Of a stretch of 64,000 nt of DNA, positions 10,202 to 23,937 are shown piece after piece (position 1 is the stretch's first letter; each line of letters begins with the position of its first letter). This DNA comes from Squalus acanthias (lineage: Eukaryota): contig CM059432.1 of assembly GCA_030390025.1 (NCBI GenBank), positions 133,674,001 through 133,738,000 on the forward strand, written 5' to 3'. The translations under genes were made by a program, and so were the position numbers. Below the pieces are notes generated by a model that worked only from the letters and a program-made list of their open reading frames with translations, made no database searches and was not told the origin of the DNA.

Positions 10202-12819
10202 CATTTAGAATGGAGCAGAGTGAAAGGACACGGTACTGAAGAAATATATCTGGCAAGTTTCTCGATGGCCTTTTCTCTTTTGGGTGCTTGTAGAAAATTT
10301 GAGTAAACTGCCATCTACACAGTTAGTGCAATAACACATTTATAAAACAGTGGGACCAGTATTGGTCTCAGAAAGGATTAGAGGGTGAAAAAGACCAGAA
10401 TGTAATGGGCAAACCAAAGTGGCTTAAGGTGCTTAAAAAGGGATGAAAGCACAATGGTGAGAACAGAAGATATGACAGCACGAGAGGAAAGCAAAGATGA
10501 AAAAAGTTCCTATCAGAGCGAGTTGAATGGGCTGAGTGGTCATTTTCTTATTCCTTATGTTCTGATGTTACCAGATTGTCAGCCACTTTTACTAAAACAG
10601 ACACTACACTAAGGGAGTTGGAATTCTTCTGGTCACTGTGTGTAGTGACACTGTGAATGCAGCTGTGAAGATTTTCTCTGTTTGGTATTCTAACAGAATC
10701 ATACACACAAATGATTTTCGAAAATACTGATGATTTCACTGGAAATAGCAACCAGAGGAAATCTCCCCCCATAGTTCTGTAATATGCTTAGTATTTGCAA
10801 AATCCTCCAGGTAAAAGTCAAGACGCGGAATAATTACATCGGGAGCGCTGTATCAATAAAATGCTATCACATTTTCATTGAGTTTATTTCTGGGACTATT
10901 GTAAATAATAAAAAAAATGGGCCAGTGCACAGATTTCTTTAATGCTATTTTACAGCATTTGCAACCGTGAAATATTTGTGTTTTGAAAGCTATGGAGCAA
11001 ATGTAGTGCCTAGAGACGTAACATAGTGTGTTAATCAAACAAATACAAAGGAACTAAGCGAAGAAATCTCACCATATTTTATTTTAGACCCTGAGAGACA
11101 ATTTTCTCTTATTAAGGGCAAATCTGCTCAGTCTGTAATGGTAACATCAAAATTAATTCTTTATAAATGGGCTTGTGATTTTGTTACACACAGAGGAAAT
11201 CTTTCCCCATTATTTTCTACTGTTCTTTATTGATCAGGGGAAGGATACACTCCAAACCAATGGATCAAACAATAATTAGTTATTCACTTACAGTGTTTCT
11301 AAATGTATCTCTTGACCTACAAGCTGAAATGAATAGTTAATAGTATTATGGTTTGATAGGACTGTAATGAATGTTCAGAGCGACCGTGCTTTGGTCTCAT
11401 GTTACAGCTTTTCAAATGAAAGCATTCCCACCAGTCTAGAACTTTACAGTAATGAAACTTAAACTGGAGGATGTTGCATCCCATTTAAAGCATTTTAAAG
11501 CGATATACACTAACAAGCAAAACAATTGCTGCTTTTGCGCTAAGTTTTACTTCATACGCATTGGCTTTGAATAGACAGTGCATGTCGTGATAAAATCATA
11601 GGTCTGCACTGTGACTGAAATAACAAGTCTTGCTGCTTTGTCGTTTGCGCAGGTATTTGTAGTTCAGCTTGCGATTATTAATACTTCATCCATATAGTAC
11701 ACACAAAGAACAGCCAGCCCTCTTGTTGTCACATGCTTTTTAAGTTAAAAGGTGTGAACCCACATTATTTTTGTGCACTGACTACGCGTTAAAGTACAGG
11801 AGATTACAAACTGAATTCTACATGTTTGAGTATTTTTATATTTCTTTAATACATTTTTATTTTTTCTCAAGCATTTAAAAAAAAAACACACACAAAGTCA
11901 GTCCAATTTCTTTCCAAGGCAGTTCGATTCCTTTTCTTCTTCCCTCTGCTCAAGATTCAATAATATTACCCAATGCTGCAACAGTGGCTGGCTGAATTCA
12001 TTTCAACTCCTACTCTCCAAATATCTTGTAATAATTTGCTAAATAAAACGCAATAACAATAATTTCTCTACTGCAACAACAGTGAGGAGCTACTCAAATT
12101 GAAGTTCAATATAATTTGCACCAAGATCTGAATAAAACATATAAGGAAAATCAGTCAAACACTCGCAATTAGACGAGATGAAAAATCTAAAAAGAAATTA
12201 AATTTAGTTGTAATACAACTTCCATTCTTCTCTTGCTAGAAAATTACTACCAAAGTGTTTTTTCTGTAATTTAAATGTTAAGCCACCAGATGTGTGTCTC
12301 ATGCTTGAAGAGTTGAAGCTTTGCATTATTTAGCATATTAAGACCCACAGAATGTAAAAAAGAATTCTTCATTGCCTGGAGGTTCTAATTAAGTAAACCT
12401 TTGCTTGATACATGCAAAAATTGCAATACAAGAAATTTCTTTTGCAGCCAGTCACAGCAATATAATAAATATGGAAAATTCTAAACCGATATAATTTTTC
12501 TTTCGCTTCGGGATTCAAATATATCTACTATAATCAGCTACTCTGAATAAAGGCGAACAATCAGCAAGACACCTAAAGCACTTAGGTTAACATCCACATA
12601 CTTTGTGTAATGGTAAATGAATATCACATTTCACACACAGTATTCACAAGCCATAAGTTTAAACTTAGTTATCTGTGGCGTTTTCCTACTTTGCCAAAGA
12701 CCTCAACTTTGCGTGATGGAGCAACTTTGCTGCGCATTTTCTTCCGTGACGCAAAGTCTTCAGTTAGCAAACAGCCAACAAAAACAGAAAAAACACAAGC
12801 ACGATAAATGGAATCTAAC

Positions 12820-12957
12820 AAAACACAAAAATAGTGTGGGTGCTGGAAATCGGAAATCAAAAACAGAAAATGCCGAAAACGCTGAAGCAGGTCCGGACGC
12901 ATGGACGCATTTGTGTGTAGGGTTAACGCAGCAGGTCCATAACCCTTCATCGGAACC
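12820..12957 (-). mobile_element. Degenerate copy of the small Penelope-type element
   Basis: tgctggaaatcggaaatcaaaaacagaaaatgc...gttaacg...cccttcatcggaac resembles the 7754 family. Confidence 0.55.
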
Positions 12958-12974
12958 CTACGGAATCTAATAAG

Positions 12975-13355
12975 GTGCTAGATTGAACAAGCTGGGGCTC
13001 TTTTCTCGAGAAAAGAAAAGACTGAGAGGTGACCAGATAGAGGTCCTTAAAATTATGAATGGGTTGGACAGGGTAGATGTGGAGAGAAAACTAGGGGTCA
13101 TAAATACAAGATAGTTACTAATAATTCCATAGGGAAATAAGGAGAAATGTCTTTACTCAGAGAGTGGTTAGAGTGTGGACCACAGGAAGTGGTTGAGGCA
13201 AATAGCTTAGATCCTTTCAAAAGGAAACTAGATGAGTACATAAGAAAAAAGGGAATAGAAAGATATGCTGAAAGGCTGAGATGAGACAGATGGAATGGGA
13301 GGAGACTCGTGTGGAGCATAAATGGCCTGCTTCTGTGCTGTATATTCTATGTAAT
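12975..13355 (+). mobile_element. CR1 LINE 3' fragment
   Basis: Degenerate LGLFSLEKRRLRGD...TRGHKYK coding sequence followed by a CR1-type 3' UTR. Confidence 0.75.
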
Positions 13356-13434
13356 TATCGGCTGCTAAAAAAAAATAAAAAGCTCTCCCACATCTCAAAG
13401 GGTAAATATACTGCACCGTGTATTTATGAGTAGT

Positions 13435-13715
13435 ACATCCAAGGATTGATCTATTGCCTTTGCCGAGTTGGCTGATCTGAGCTGAGATATGAGCTAAAGC
13501 AAGGAAGAGAATTAGCCAAGATTCACAATTCTGATCCCTATTCGGTGGCATCTGCTAGAAAGAGTGTATGTGGATGCCTCCGTGGCCTGCTGACGCTCAC
13601 TGCCTAGGCTCACATGTGAAGAATGGCCATTTGAGCCAAGTAGAGCAGGACTGTCAACACCCGCCATAGGCCAGCGTGAGTCAGTGCCTTCAGGAGAGGA
13701 GGGAGAAAATGGGAA
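13435..13715 (+). mobile_element. Old SINE-like repeat, unclassified
   Basis: gagttggctgatctgagctg...ggctcacatgtgaagaatggcca...gccttcaggagaggagggaga is recalled as a chondrichthyan interspersed repeat. Confidence 0.4.
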
Positions 13716-16700
13716 AAACAGACTTAATAACTAAATCCGTTCTTCAGATAGAGTATCGGTCTTGTCTGACAAATGAGTACAAACTGAAATAACAATTCTG
13801 TCATCAACACCTGTTTATATTTTGTTAGCTGAATATTTCTAACGGTGCACTATTAAGGGGAGTATTTTTTTGTAGCACACAAACTTACAATGGAAAATAC
13901 CTTTGCTGTAAGAACGTTTTTACATTTATTGGGGCTTTTCAGCAAACTGCAAGAGGTTAAAATTATAAACAGAGGATGTCCAACTGTCAGTTTATTCTAT
14001 GAGTGAGGAAGACCTGACCACTCATGAGTAAATTGGCACAATTGTCCTCACCAATGCAATAAAATGCGCTTCCTCAAGACCACTCCAGTTCCCAGTCTGA
14101 GCCATATTGCTGTGGGAAAGTGCCAAGTGGAAATTGGAAAATCATTAGCAGTTCTCGGTAGCATTGGCCGAGGTTTGAGAGCAGGCCACACACCTGTCTG
14201 CGTCTGATGCATGGCCAGGGAAGAGTGGGGGAAAAAGAGAAAAATAACAGAAAAAAAGAGGGATTCAGACCCTCATCAGATCAAAATAGAGGAGTACGAT
14301 AAAAGTTTACAACTATGCATAGTGTAGAAATATTATGTCGATGGGATGTTAACGCTACCACAATAATCCTGGCTCCCATTTAGTCATCATTTGGTTGCAT
14401 ATATTTACAAGCTGATTTCATTAATAAGGTTTGTTTAAATTCACACTGTCTGGAACATTCTTTGGACATCCCTGCAGTGTGCTGGGAATGTCATCACACA
14501 ATCAGCATGCTGCAAATAACAAGGATCTGTTTCTCATTTGATTTAAGAGGAAACAGAAAGCTCTTGTGTGGGTAGTTGCTGCACGACATTGTTTTAAACT
14601 CAAGCTACAATTTCTGTTGTAAAGTACCAGAGATCTTTGACTTATCAACCTGAACAACTCACTTACAAAAATGTGTTTTTTAAATTTGTAATTCTTATTC
14701 ATTTATCTGAACACAGGTTGGATAGTCTGCAAAAACAGTCCTGCAAGGCATGAATATAGCAAGGATTGCAATGGAAGAAAACATTTGTTCCCATTCTGAA
14801 ATAATTGATAGGATACAGATAACAGTACTAAACAGTATTCATTATGAATGCAATAGTGATCATTCATATTATTATCACTCTAATAAATACATGGACAAAT
14901 CTTTCAAATATAATTTTTAAATGAAACCATACTGTTTCTGTCCTCCAAATATATTTATTGCTCCTAAAAAAAATCTGTCTTATTGTGCACATTATTATTA
15001 AGAGGGACCCAATGGCATGGAGGTCTAACACACCAAGTCATGGAATGGTATAATGAGGGTTCAAACCTGCAATCTCCCCATACCTTGACTTTCTGATCTC
15101 AACAGGTGCAGTGTGTCTTCCTGGGGAAGTGATGTGCAGAAGCCAAGTGCTTCCCCACAGAGAAAGGGCAGAATTAGAAGCGTTAGCCCAGACTGCTGTC
15201 TGGCATGACAGAGCAACAAAAGCAGAGAACTTGGAGTAAATCACCTGTCTGTCCTCTAAGCAGGCATACGGTACATGCCAAGGGCCAAATCTAGAAATGG
15301 GAAAATGGGGGGGAAAAAAGAAAGGCCTGATGAAAAAAGCAGACTGGATCTTTGGTGACTCTTTAGGATTCTAGAATAGAATGAAGACCAGTCATGATTA
15401 GTTATCTCTCTACTCAACGCTACTCATCCCTCCAAAGTCTGACACTGGCCCTCTTAGCTGAATAAAAACAGTAAGCACAGATTGTAGCTGTGCTTGGAGA
15501 AACTAGAATTTCATTTTGTTCATGACCTTATAGGCATGTTGGAGTCTTCACATGAGAAAGCAGTTATTATAAACAGCTATAAGTGCATTTCTAAAACTCC
15601 CTTCTCCTTTCAAATGTATGGGAAACAGAGACTTGAGTTGCAGCATACTAAAAGTGTTAGGATAGGAGTCACATTCCAGACTGCAAGAATCACTGTCTAT
15701 ATTATCAAAGCAACCTCGCTAAATGTTACCATAGGTGTTAGTTTGATGCAAGAACTAATGGCATTAACACAAGATTTCTGACGCGATTTACAATTCCTAT
15801 TGAATCAATCAAACCTTTGAGTAGCCAGTTGTTATAGGGGGGGGGGAAATATAATTGTAAGAAGTATTAAGCCACAATCCCCTTGAATCCCCTTAGTGTG
15901 AAATAGTGAAGTGTTTGAGAACATTACTGTGTTGTAAAGATCAATGTGGTGAGGCAAAAAATTAAATCCTGTTAGCTGAATAAGTCGTTTGCCACAAAAT
16001 TGGATTCACACATCAGGAATACTCATTTGCCAGGAATTCACAGTGATGATTAGTGAGAATTTTCTGTCACACGATTTCTTGCGTAATTTTAATTGCAATG
16101 GAAGACTTTCTAAAATGCAAATTGATGCATGCTCTTATAATAAATCAATTTACTGCTGTTTTGTATGCTGCAGAAACAGCAAATTGTGCTGCATGTTTTG
16201 CAGTAGGTGCTTCTCACTTCAGCTGTAAACATCTGGCCAAACAAAATGTTTCCTTAGCAGGGATGAAATTATTCAGTTGCCTTGAGTGGCTAAGACATGT
16301 GCAGACAGGAAACTGTTTTGGATTTTCACTGTTTATTAGTTAAAAGTGGTCTTAACTATATTTTTCTTTTATCCCTAATAGATAAAAAATGAAGTTGACA
16401 GATTTAGAATACTGTATACAAGAATTACTATGTCAACACATCCATGGCATACAATTCATTTGGCAATACCTTTAAGGTTCAAATTCGCTTTTTCTTCCCC
16501 ATCAATATGAAAACTATTCCTTGTTGCTGGTTTCTAATAGAATAAGAAAAAAGGGGAAACGGTGCTAATTTAATCACATTTCATTTTCATGCCCTTTGGA
16601 GTCCAAAGGAATGCAGTGATATGTACGGCAACAAAATAAAATCAGATGTCCAACCTGATGGAAGCACTTTAAGATCTTTTCCTTTTTTTCTTTCGCTTTT

Positions 16701-16731
16701 TCTTTGTGTTTGCTTTGCTCCCCTCCCTCAC

Positions 16732-16821
16732 CAACATGAAAACCTTTCTCTGCTTCCTTTACACCAGTGGGAATACTTCCCTTGTGGGTGATAGGATCTC
16801 TTTGGGAGGTCAAAGGTTGCC
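16732..16821 (-). CDS. OFCC1: Candidate OFCC1 exon (phase 1 to 1), poorly conserved linker
   Basis: Strong acceptor ttgtcacttcctctccag and donor ttg|GTGAGG. 90 nt, reads (G)QPLTSQRDPITHKGSIPTGVKEAEKGFHV. Phases fit the flanking exons, but I recognise no protein similarity. Confidence 0.35.
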
Positions 16822-17539
16822 CTGGAGAGGAAGTGACAAGCTGCGAAATGTAAAAGAACAATTTTTTCCACATGTTCCTGGGCTCTGAAAGCAGTATGGG
16901 GTTGTCAGCCAGCATCATTTTAAAATGGACCAGGTTACAACATAACATGCCTGTCAAATTCAATTTATAATTAGAGTAGCTGTATTTAGTTATAAAGTTT
17001 TACCGTTCCAGTAGGTTACATCTACATACCACATATATCAGTGAAACATGCTTGAAGTTAGCTTTGAAAACTTTCAAAGTTGTTTAAACATGAAAATAAA
17101 TTTTCATTTTACACAAGGATCACATTTAACTGCAGGATATAAATCAATCCAGTTGCTTCCTTTGGGACAGAGAGGTGAATGAAAAAATAATCTGATTCAG
17201 TACCTTGTCGCATATATTTGCATTTTATAGTGGGCGATGTTAAAAAAGAACTCTGGAGAAAGATTGCTGTAAGTGCATTGTACAGTCACTCTTAAGAAGG
17301 CAATACTACTTACACGCATCTCACAAAAATGTTACAAGTTTCAAATTCACCAGATGGACAATGTAATTGCAGCAAAGTAAAACCCACCATAAGTCACATC
17401 TTACTTTCAAGTATATTCAACAAAACACATTGATAATTCCCCTATACTTAAGAGAACTTCAAAACTGGCAATCAGCTAGTTTGTTCTGAGCTTTTCCCAT
17501 AATACTACTCTAATGTTTAACACCATAATTAAAGATATT

Positions 17540-18240
17540 GGGGTAGAGTTTCCGTTTTGGGTGCAATCAGCGATTCCGGCACAAATTGAGCCAAAAATAG
17601 TGTTTCGAAAAATGTTTTTTTTCCCCCTCAAGTTTCCGCTCAAACTCATTTGCATATCACCGAACGCAAAATCTGCTATGAACCAGCGCAATCGGGCAGC
17701 GTTTTAAAACGTAATTTTTTTTTTAATGTTGCTTTAAAAAATATTCCTTGCTATATTTAAGAGTGGTAATTTGGTGCAGTTTGATTCATACAGCTGAAAA
17801 GGGATTTATCACAAAAAAATAAGCATTTTAAATCACAGTGTCAATCCACCACCTGTGAGTAACCTGATTTTAAATTACTGAAAATAACTTTTAAAAAATA
17901 TGCAAAAATATTTTCTAGTTAGATTCATAACCTTTCAAAACATACCTATTCATGTCCTTCTGCTTAAAAGTTCCAGCTTAATTTTAAGAGCCTCCTCGAA
18001 GGCCCTGCAAACGAGCGCAATTAGCGGAAACTCGCCGTGGTGATTAATTCACCCTGGGGGCGTGGCCAGTTTTGTGGGCGGGGCTGCTTCTCGTGCAGTG
18101 TTTTTAAAACTAGCGCAAAAGATCGCGGAAAAACAAGTTGCGCTGAACGCAAATTGTGCTTAAAATTCCGCGATCTTTGCGCTGATATCGGGGGAATTGC
18201 GCCGAAAAAAAACAACACAATCAAACGGAAACTCCGAGCC
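17540..18240. mobile_element. Harbinger-type MITE with AT-rich core
   Basis: TIRs ggggtagagtttccgttt and aaacggaaactccgagcc, with ATT on both flanks. Confidence 0.7.
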
Positions 18241-18584
18241 ATTAACTGCACCGATGTCTTTGATAATGTAGAGATAGAAATCTTCAGCAGCTCCTTATTG
18301 CTGTCAATAATTTAGCAGAGCACATGGACATGATTCCATGCTGCTACAAGTAGATGTAGGGAGACAAAGGCCGTAAGGAATGGGCTGGGTGAGCATTTCA
18401 AATTCTTTGTAGGCACTTGGAAAGATTTCCACTGTGCACTCTGCATAACAAAATCGTAAACCCATTCTTTATAGATGAGTTTACAAGTTCATTACACATA
18501 ACGTAACAGAGGAAATCTCGTCCCGTGGTATGGTAATGGTTTGTGTGGTTTGGACCTTACTTTAATAGGATGATCCACCTCAGC

Positions 18585-19152
18585 ATGCATTAGCAATTTG
18601 GTAAATGACAACATCAAAGTAAATGGTTTACATGGTCCTGTGTTTCCATACAGGTACATCCATGTGGGACTTGCGATAATAGATATAAACTGCTAGCATA
18701 AACTCAATGTACGATAATGATATTAAGCAAAGTGGTTCAGCTCTAAATAGTAGATTGCTGCTCTCCTGTACTGTAGACCAGGTTTCAAATTACAGCTGGG
18801 ATGTACAACAACAACTTGTATTTACATAGTGCCTTTAATGTAGTAAAACGTCCCAAGGTGCTTCAGAGGAGCGTAATCAAACAAAATTTGACATTAAAAT
18901 TCAAGTATACCAGTGCCAATTCTAATGCAAACCAGGGGATTAAGCATCACATGTTAACTGAGGACCCTAATCTCTGAGAATATGAGAAAATGACTCATAA
19001 CCACTTTGCTTAATATCGTTATCATACATTGAGTTTACGCTAGCAGTTTACATCTATTATCGCAAGCCCCATATAGATGTACCTGTATAGAAACACAGGA
19101 CCATGTAAACCATTTACTTTGATGTTGTTACCTACCAAGTTGTTAGTGAATG
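18585..19152. repeat. About 150-bp inverted duplication with a ~260-bp spacer
   Basis: 18585-18737 is the reverse complement of 18999-19152, with scattered, mostly transition, mismatches. Confidence 0.9.
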
Positions 19153-20797
19153 ATATACACTTAAAAAGGAAAAATTGCATGCCTACAGGGAAATAGTAGG
19201 AGAGTGGGACTAATTGGATAGCTCTTTCACAGAGCTGGCACAGGCACAATGGGCTGAATGGCCTCCTTCTGTGCTGTAAGATTCAATGATTCTATGAATG
19301 AATACCTCCTCTGGATAACACACATCCGATTGACTGATTAAGAACAAGGAAGGCAATGGTCATATGGGTATTCCATAATAATCAACCTCTTGACTGAAGG
19401 AGGACAGTTTGGATGTAACAAAGCAACAGAATAGGGATACTAAAGGCATAAATATTATATATTAAAAAATTAAAAGAGACAAACTGCTTTAATATTAGTC
19501 AATGGTGACGCTTATTGCTAAAATAATACTTCACATTCCATACTGCAAAGCAACCATTGTCATAATAGACCATATCCTGCTAGCAGACTAGTGATGTCAA
19601 TAAAGTTCTTTATTTGAATTTCTCCTGACTCTCAGACCTGCATCACATCCTGATACTCAGGATATCAGTGAACTTCTTTTTAAGTCACATTTTATTTTGA
19701 CTGTTCTGAAGATGGAATTCTCTGAAATTTAAAACCGTTTCTTCAGATTGTAGCCGTACAACATCTGATCAAATCCCAGAGATGAGACATTGTGCCTGGT
19801 ATTACTGTGAAACGGGGACCTGATTTCAATCCTTTGCAAAGATAGAAAAAGGCATTTCGGACACAAATGCAGTTTAGCTCCAACCCAAATAATCTGTTTC
19901 AAATAAAAGGCCAAGAAATTACCCAAAGGATCCTATTTATATAATATATCTTGATTAGACCATACCTGGGTTACATTTTTAAAATGTATTACATTTAAGA
20001 TCTACAAACGTGTTCTACTGCAAGACGAAAAACTGTCCTTTGAGAATAAAAGCCAACAGCCAGAAGCGACTTTGTAACCTCACTGAAATAGATGAGGATG
20101 TAAGTAATATTCATGTCAAGTGACCACACACATCATAGGCTCCTTGTTGATATCTTAATGGGATCTTACTCAAGTTAGCATAGACCTCTGAACCTCAGAG
20201 GCAGTGTAATGATCCCTAAGTGGACCTACGCATTAATATAAATGACTGCTAGTCTGGTCTGCAAGAGCTTTAATCTGGGAAAGGTCCTGAGTTTAACAAA
20301 ACTTTAAGTTCTGTGATGCAGCTGTACTGCAGCAGTAATTTTAGATTTCCCTTGTAACCAATCAGGAATACAATAATTACAAAGTAATCCAATAATGATT
20401 ATCACATTTTAATAAGCCCTAGTATCCCACTATTTTCTTTAGTTATATTTGAGAGTTACGTAACATAATATTGCAAGAGCTCATTCTTCTCCTATGAGAT
20501 TGCAAATTATTAATCTTCCAGACTCTCAGTAGAGATCAATTCAGCAACTTCTAGCCAGGAATTTGAACTCAGCATTTGTTGTATTGTAGCCTTTGGACAA
20601 ATCAAACTTTAAACAAGAGCTAATCCAATCAGTACCTAACACAGGCAACATCACTTAAAACAAACAATCCTTAACGCATACATTTTTCTTTAGTATGTAA
20701 TGTTACAATACCCAAGCTAACCTTCCAACACAGTCCCACTTGGTATCACTCCACGAAGAAGCGTATACTTCATGGAAGCATATACGGAGTCATTTTG

Positions 20798-22030
20798 TGT
20801 CAGCTGTGGCTCAGTTGGTAGCCCTCTCGCCTTTGAGTAAGAGAGTCGTGGGTTCAAGTCCCACTCCAGAGACTTGAGCACAAAAATCTAGGCTGACACT
20901 CCCAGTGCAGTGCTGAGGGAGTGCTGCACTGTCGGAGGTGCCGTCTTTCAGATGAGACGTTAAACCGAGGCTCCGTCTGACCTCTCAGGTGGACGTAAAA
21001 GATCACGGCACTATTTCGAAGAAGAGCAGGGGAGTTATCCCTGGTGTCCAGGCCAATTTTATCCCTAAATTTAACATCACTAAAACAGATTGGGCCAACA
21101 TTTGCGATCGGAGGCTTCCCGCGGGCAGACGCCTCCAACCTGTAAAATATCTACGAATGTACCTGGTGGCCCAGGAGATACGGAGGCTTGCGATCCTGGG
21201 CCTCTCCGGGTCCGCGCGGGCAGAGCCCCACGTATCCCGGGGGTGCAGGCGGTTCGCAAGCGCCCCTGAGATCACGTGGGTCAGCCCAACCAATAAAAGA
21301 AGCAAATCCCCATTCACACTTATGGGAGTTGCATACGTACGGAACTCCCATTAGTATGAATGGGGATCACTTAAAAAAATACACAAACACATTGAAATAC
21401 ATTTTTTAAATTACATATTTAAAATTAATAAAAAATGACATTTAATTAAATATTTTAAATGAAAATTTAATTTTTTGAAAAAAATGTACGTATATGTTTT
21501 AACGGGGCTAAAAATAAACTTACCTTATTGGACAGGGTTTTTAATGTATTATGGAGTGATAAAATTTTATTTTTCTATTTTTTTAAACTCTTATGCTGGT
21601 AAAAGCAGGCCTTACACATTAAGAATTTCACAGGCATTCAGCGGGCGGAAGTTGGGCAAATGGCCCAACTCTCTACTCGCAGAGGCCCATCTCCTGGGGA
21701 TGCGTGCGATCTGTCAAGAATCCTCTTGACAGATCGCAAGTTCCGGGTTTTCGCTCATGCGCTTCGCATGCCTAAACCCGGAACTTGCGCGGCTCCTACG
21801 GGCACGTATGCACCTCGTACGCACCCGTGGGGGTCGCAAAATACGGCCCATTATCTGGTCATTATCACATTGCTGTTTGTGGGAGCTTGCTGTGTGCAAA
21901 TTGGCTGCTGCGTTTCCTACATTACGACAGTGACTACACTTCAAAAAGTACTTCATTGGCTGTAAAGCGCTTTGGGACGTCCTGAGGTCATGAAAGGCGC
22001 TATAGAAATGCAAGTCTTTCTTTCTTTCAT
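20798..22030 (+). mobile_element. SacSINE/DeuSINE-type tRNA-derived SINE interrupted by a MITE
   Basis: A-box tggctcagttgg and B-box ggttcaagtccc. Deu-like core gggagtgctgcactgtcggaggtgccgtcttt. L2-like tail ending (cttt)n. Confidence 0.85.
21092..21849. mobile_element. Harbinger-type MITE inserted in the SINE
   Basis: TIRs gggccaacatttgcga and tcgcaaaatacggccc. Splits cagattatctgg and duplicates ATT. Same family as 50725-51487. Confidence 0.85.
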
Positions 22031-23249
22031 TTCCACCCTTGTGCTGTTGGTAGAAGCCTGGCCCACCAGCTAACCATCTCTGAAATCCGGGCAGAATTTC
22101 CGGCCATTTCATTTAATCGTTTGAAAATTTGTGCAGAGCATGCGCTTGAATTTCCAACATGTGCTGCCTGTGAACCAGGACACCTTGCTGACAGCACAAA
22201 GCTGGAAAATGATCCTTATAGAGTAATTGTCACTGGTAGCTCATTACAATCTATTTAATAAACAGCTTCAAGTTAAGTGGCTACTTCTACAACTTGTAAA
22301 GCGATGGTAGCTTGGTCCCATCTAAAGATGCAACAGTCATCAAAAACATTGTAACTAAGGCTATTTCATCAATCTCGGCAACTGTGCATATCTATCTATG
22401 TACTTAAAAGGCTTGCATTTATCGCATCTATATAATGTTGCACGTCAATAACACACATAAAAATCAGGCAATATCATGACTAGCTCAGATAACTATCTAG
22501 TACATTAACCATGCTGATTGGCTTGAATATCCCATTGACCCAAATAAAAAACACTTCCATTGACAATTCATGGGAAAAGCTACCAACCATCAATTAGCAA
22601 GCACTGCAAAGCCATCTAATCAAATTACACTTTTTTTTTTAAATCCAGCAATCCAGAACCAGCAACGACAACAAAACTAATTAAATTGCTATCAGTAACA
22701 TTTTCTTTTCTCATTCAGGTCAGTATATACAGCTAAAAATAACATTTGTAGCAGAATATAATAGGCATAAATAATCACAAAATTTTGGGGAAAAGTCACT
22801 ATATTTATCCATAAAATTGGTCAATTAAGTTGAGAAATAACTCTAAGAAGATTACCCCACATAGGCCTACTCCTCTCTATGGAGCCTCGGGCTTGACTTC
22901 TGTTTCAATCCAGACGTTGAAAATTTCACCTGGGCTTTGTTGCTGGGGAGTTCCAGATCCTGTTGACAATTTCTGAGAGAGACGCCCGATGCCTGACCCG
23001 CTCATCGCTGCCCAGTTTGCCAAAGGGGTCCTTTAGCAGTTAGGCCTCTAACTTCCATATTCAGGAGACTGAATGTTTGTTTTAGTTGTCCGCGTGCGTT
23101 GCCTAAAAAATGGGCCCCACGGGTTTGACAATGGGACCAACACCTGCTCAGATTGGGCACAGGCTGTCCCGTGGCTAAATTGGTGCACTTTGCATCCATT
23201 TTACACTCGAAAAGTGGACACAACACATACCAATTTCTACCCTAGTCTC

Positions 23250-23768
23250 TTACCATTACAAAAATATTCCGATTTGTCTTCCTCAGATCCAAAGTGGATG
23301 ACTTCACGCTTCCCCACATTGAACTCCACCTGCCATAGTTTTGCCCACTCACTTAGTCTGTCATATGTCCCTTTGTTACTTCCTGCTCCCATCCACACAA
23401 CTTACTGTGCCTCCTAACTTGGTATTATCTGCAAACTTGAAAATATAACTTTATTCCTTCATCCAAGTCATTAATTTATAGGGTGAAAAGCTGAGGCCCC
23501 AGTACAGATCCCTGGGGAACACCACTTGTCACATTCTGCCAATCAAAGAATTAACCCTTTATCCCTACCCTCTGTCTCCTACCTCCCAACCAATTACTAA
23601 CCCATGTCACAAGGTTACCTCCAATTCCATGCACTCTCATTTTTGATAATAATCCCTTGTGCGGAACCTTATCAAATGTCTTCTCGAAGTCCATCTAGAC
23701 AACATTCATAGACACTCCACTATCCACCACGCTAGTGATCTCTTCCAAAAAATTAAACTCGTTTAGTC
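23250..23768 (-). mobile_element. Old CR1 ORF2 (reverse transcriptase) fragment, continued at 32824-32845 and 33131-33530
   Basis: Degenerate minus-strand [19 protein letters not shown] and KFADNTKLGG motifs. Confidence 0.8.
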
Positions 23769-23937
23769 ATAGATTCATAGAGTTATAACGGCAAAGAAGG
23801 AGGCCATTCGGTCCATCGAGTCCATGCCGGCTCTCTGTAGAGCAATCCAGTCAGTCCCATTCCCCTGCTCTATCCCCATAGCCCTGCAAGTTTATTTCCC
23901 TCAAGTACCTATCCAGTCTTCCCTTGAAAACATTGAG

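Noticed and set aside
10548..10772. Possible exon near 10.6 kb
   Set aside because: The phases of its plausible splice sites do not fit the flanking exons.
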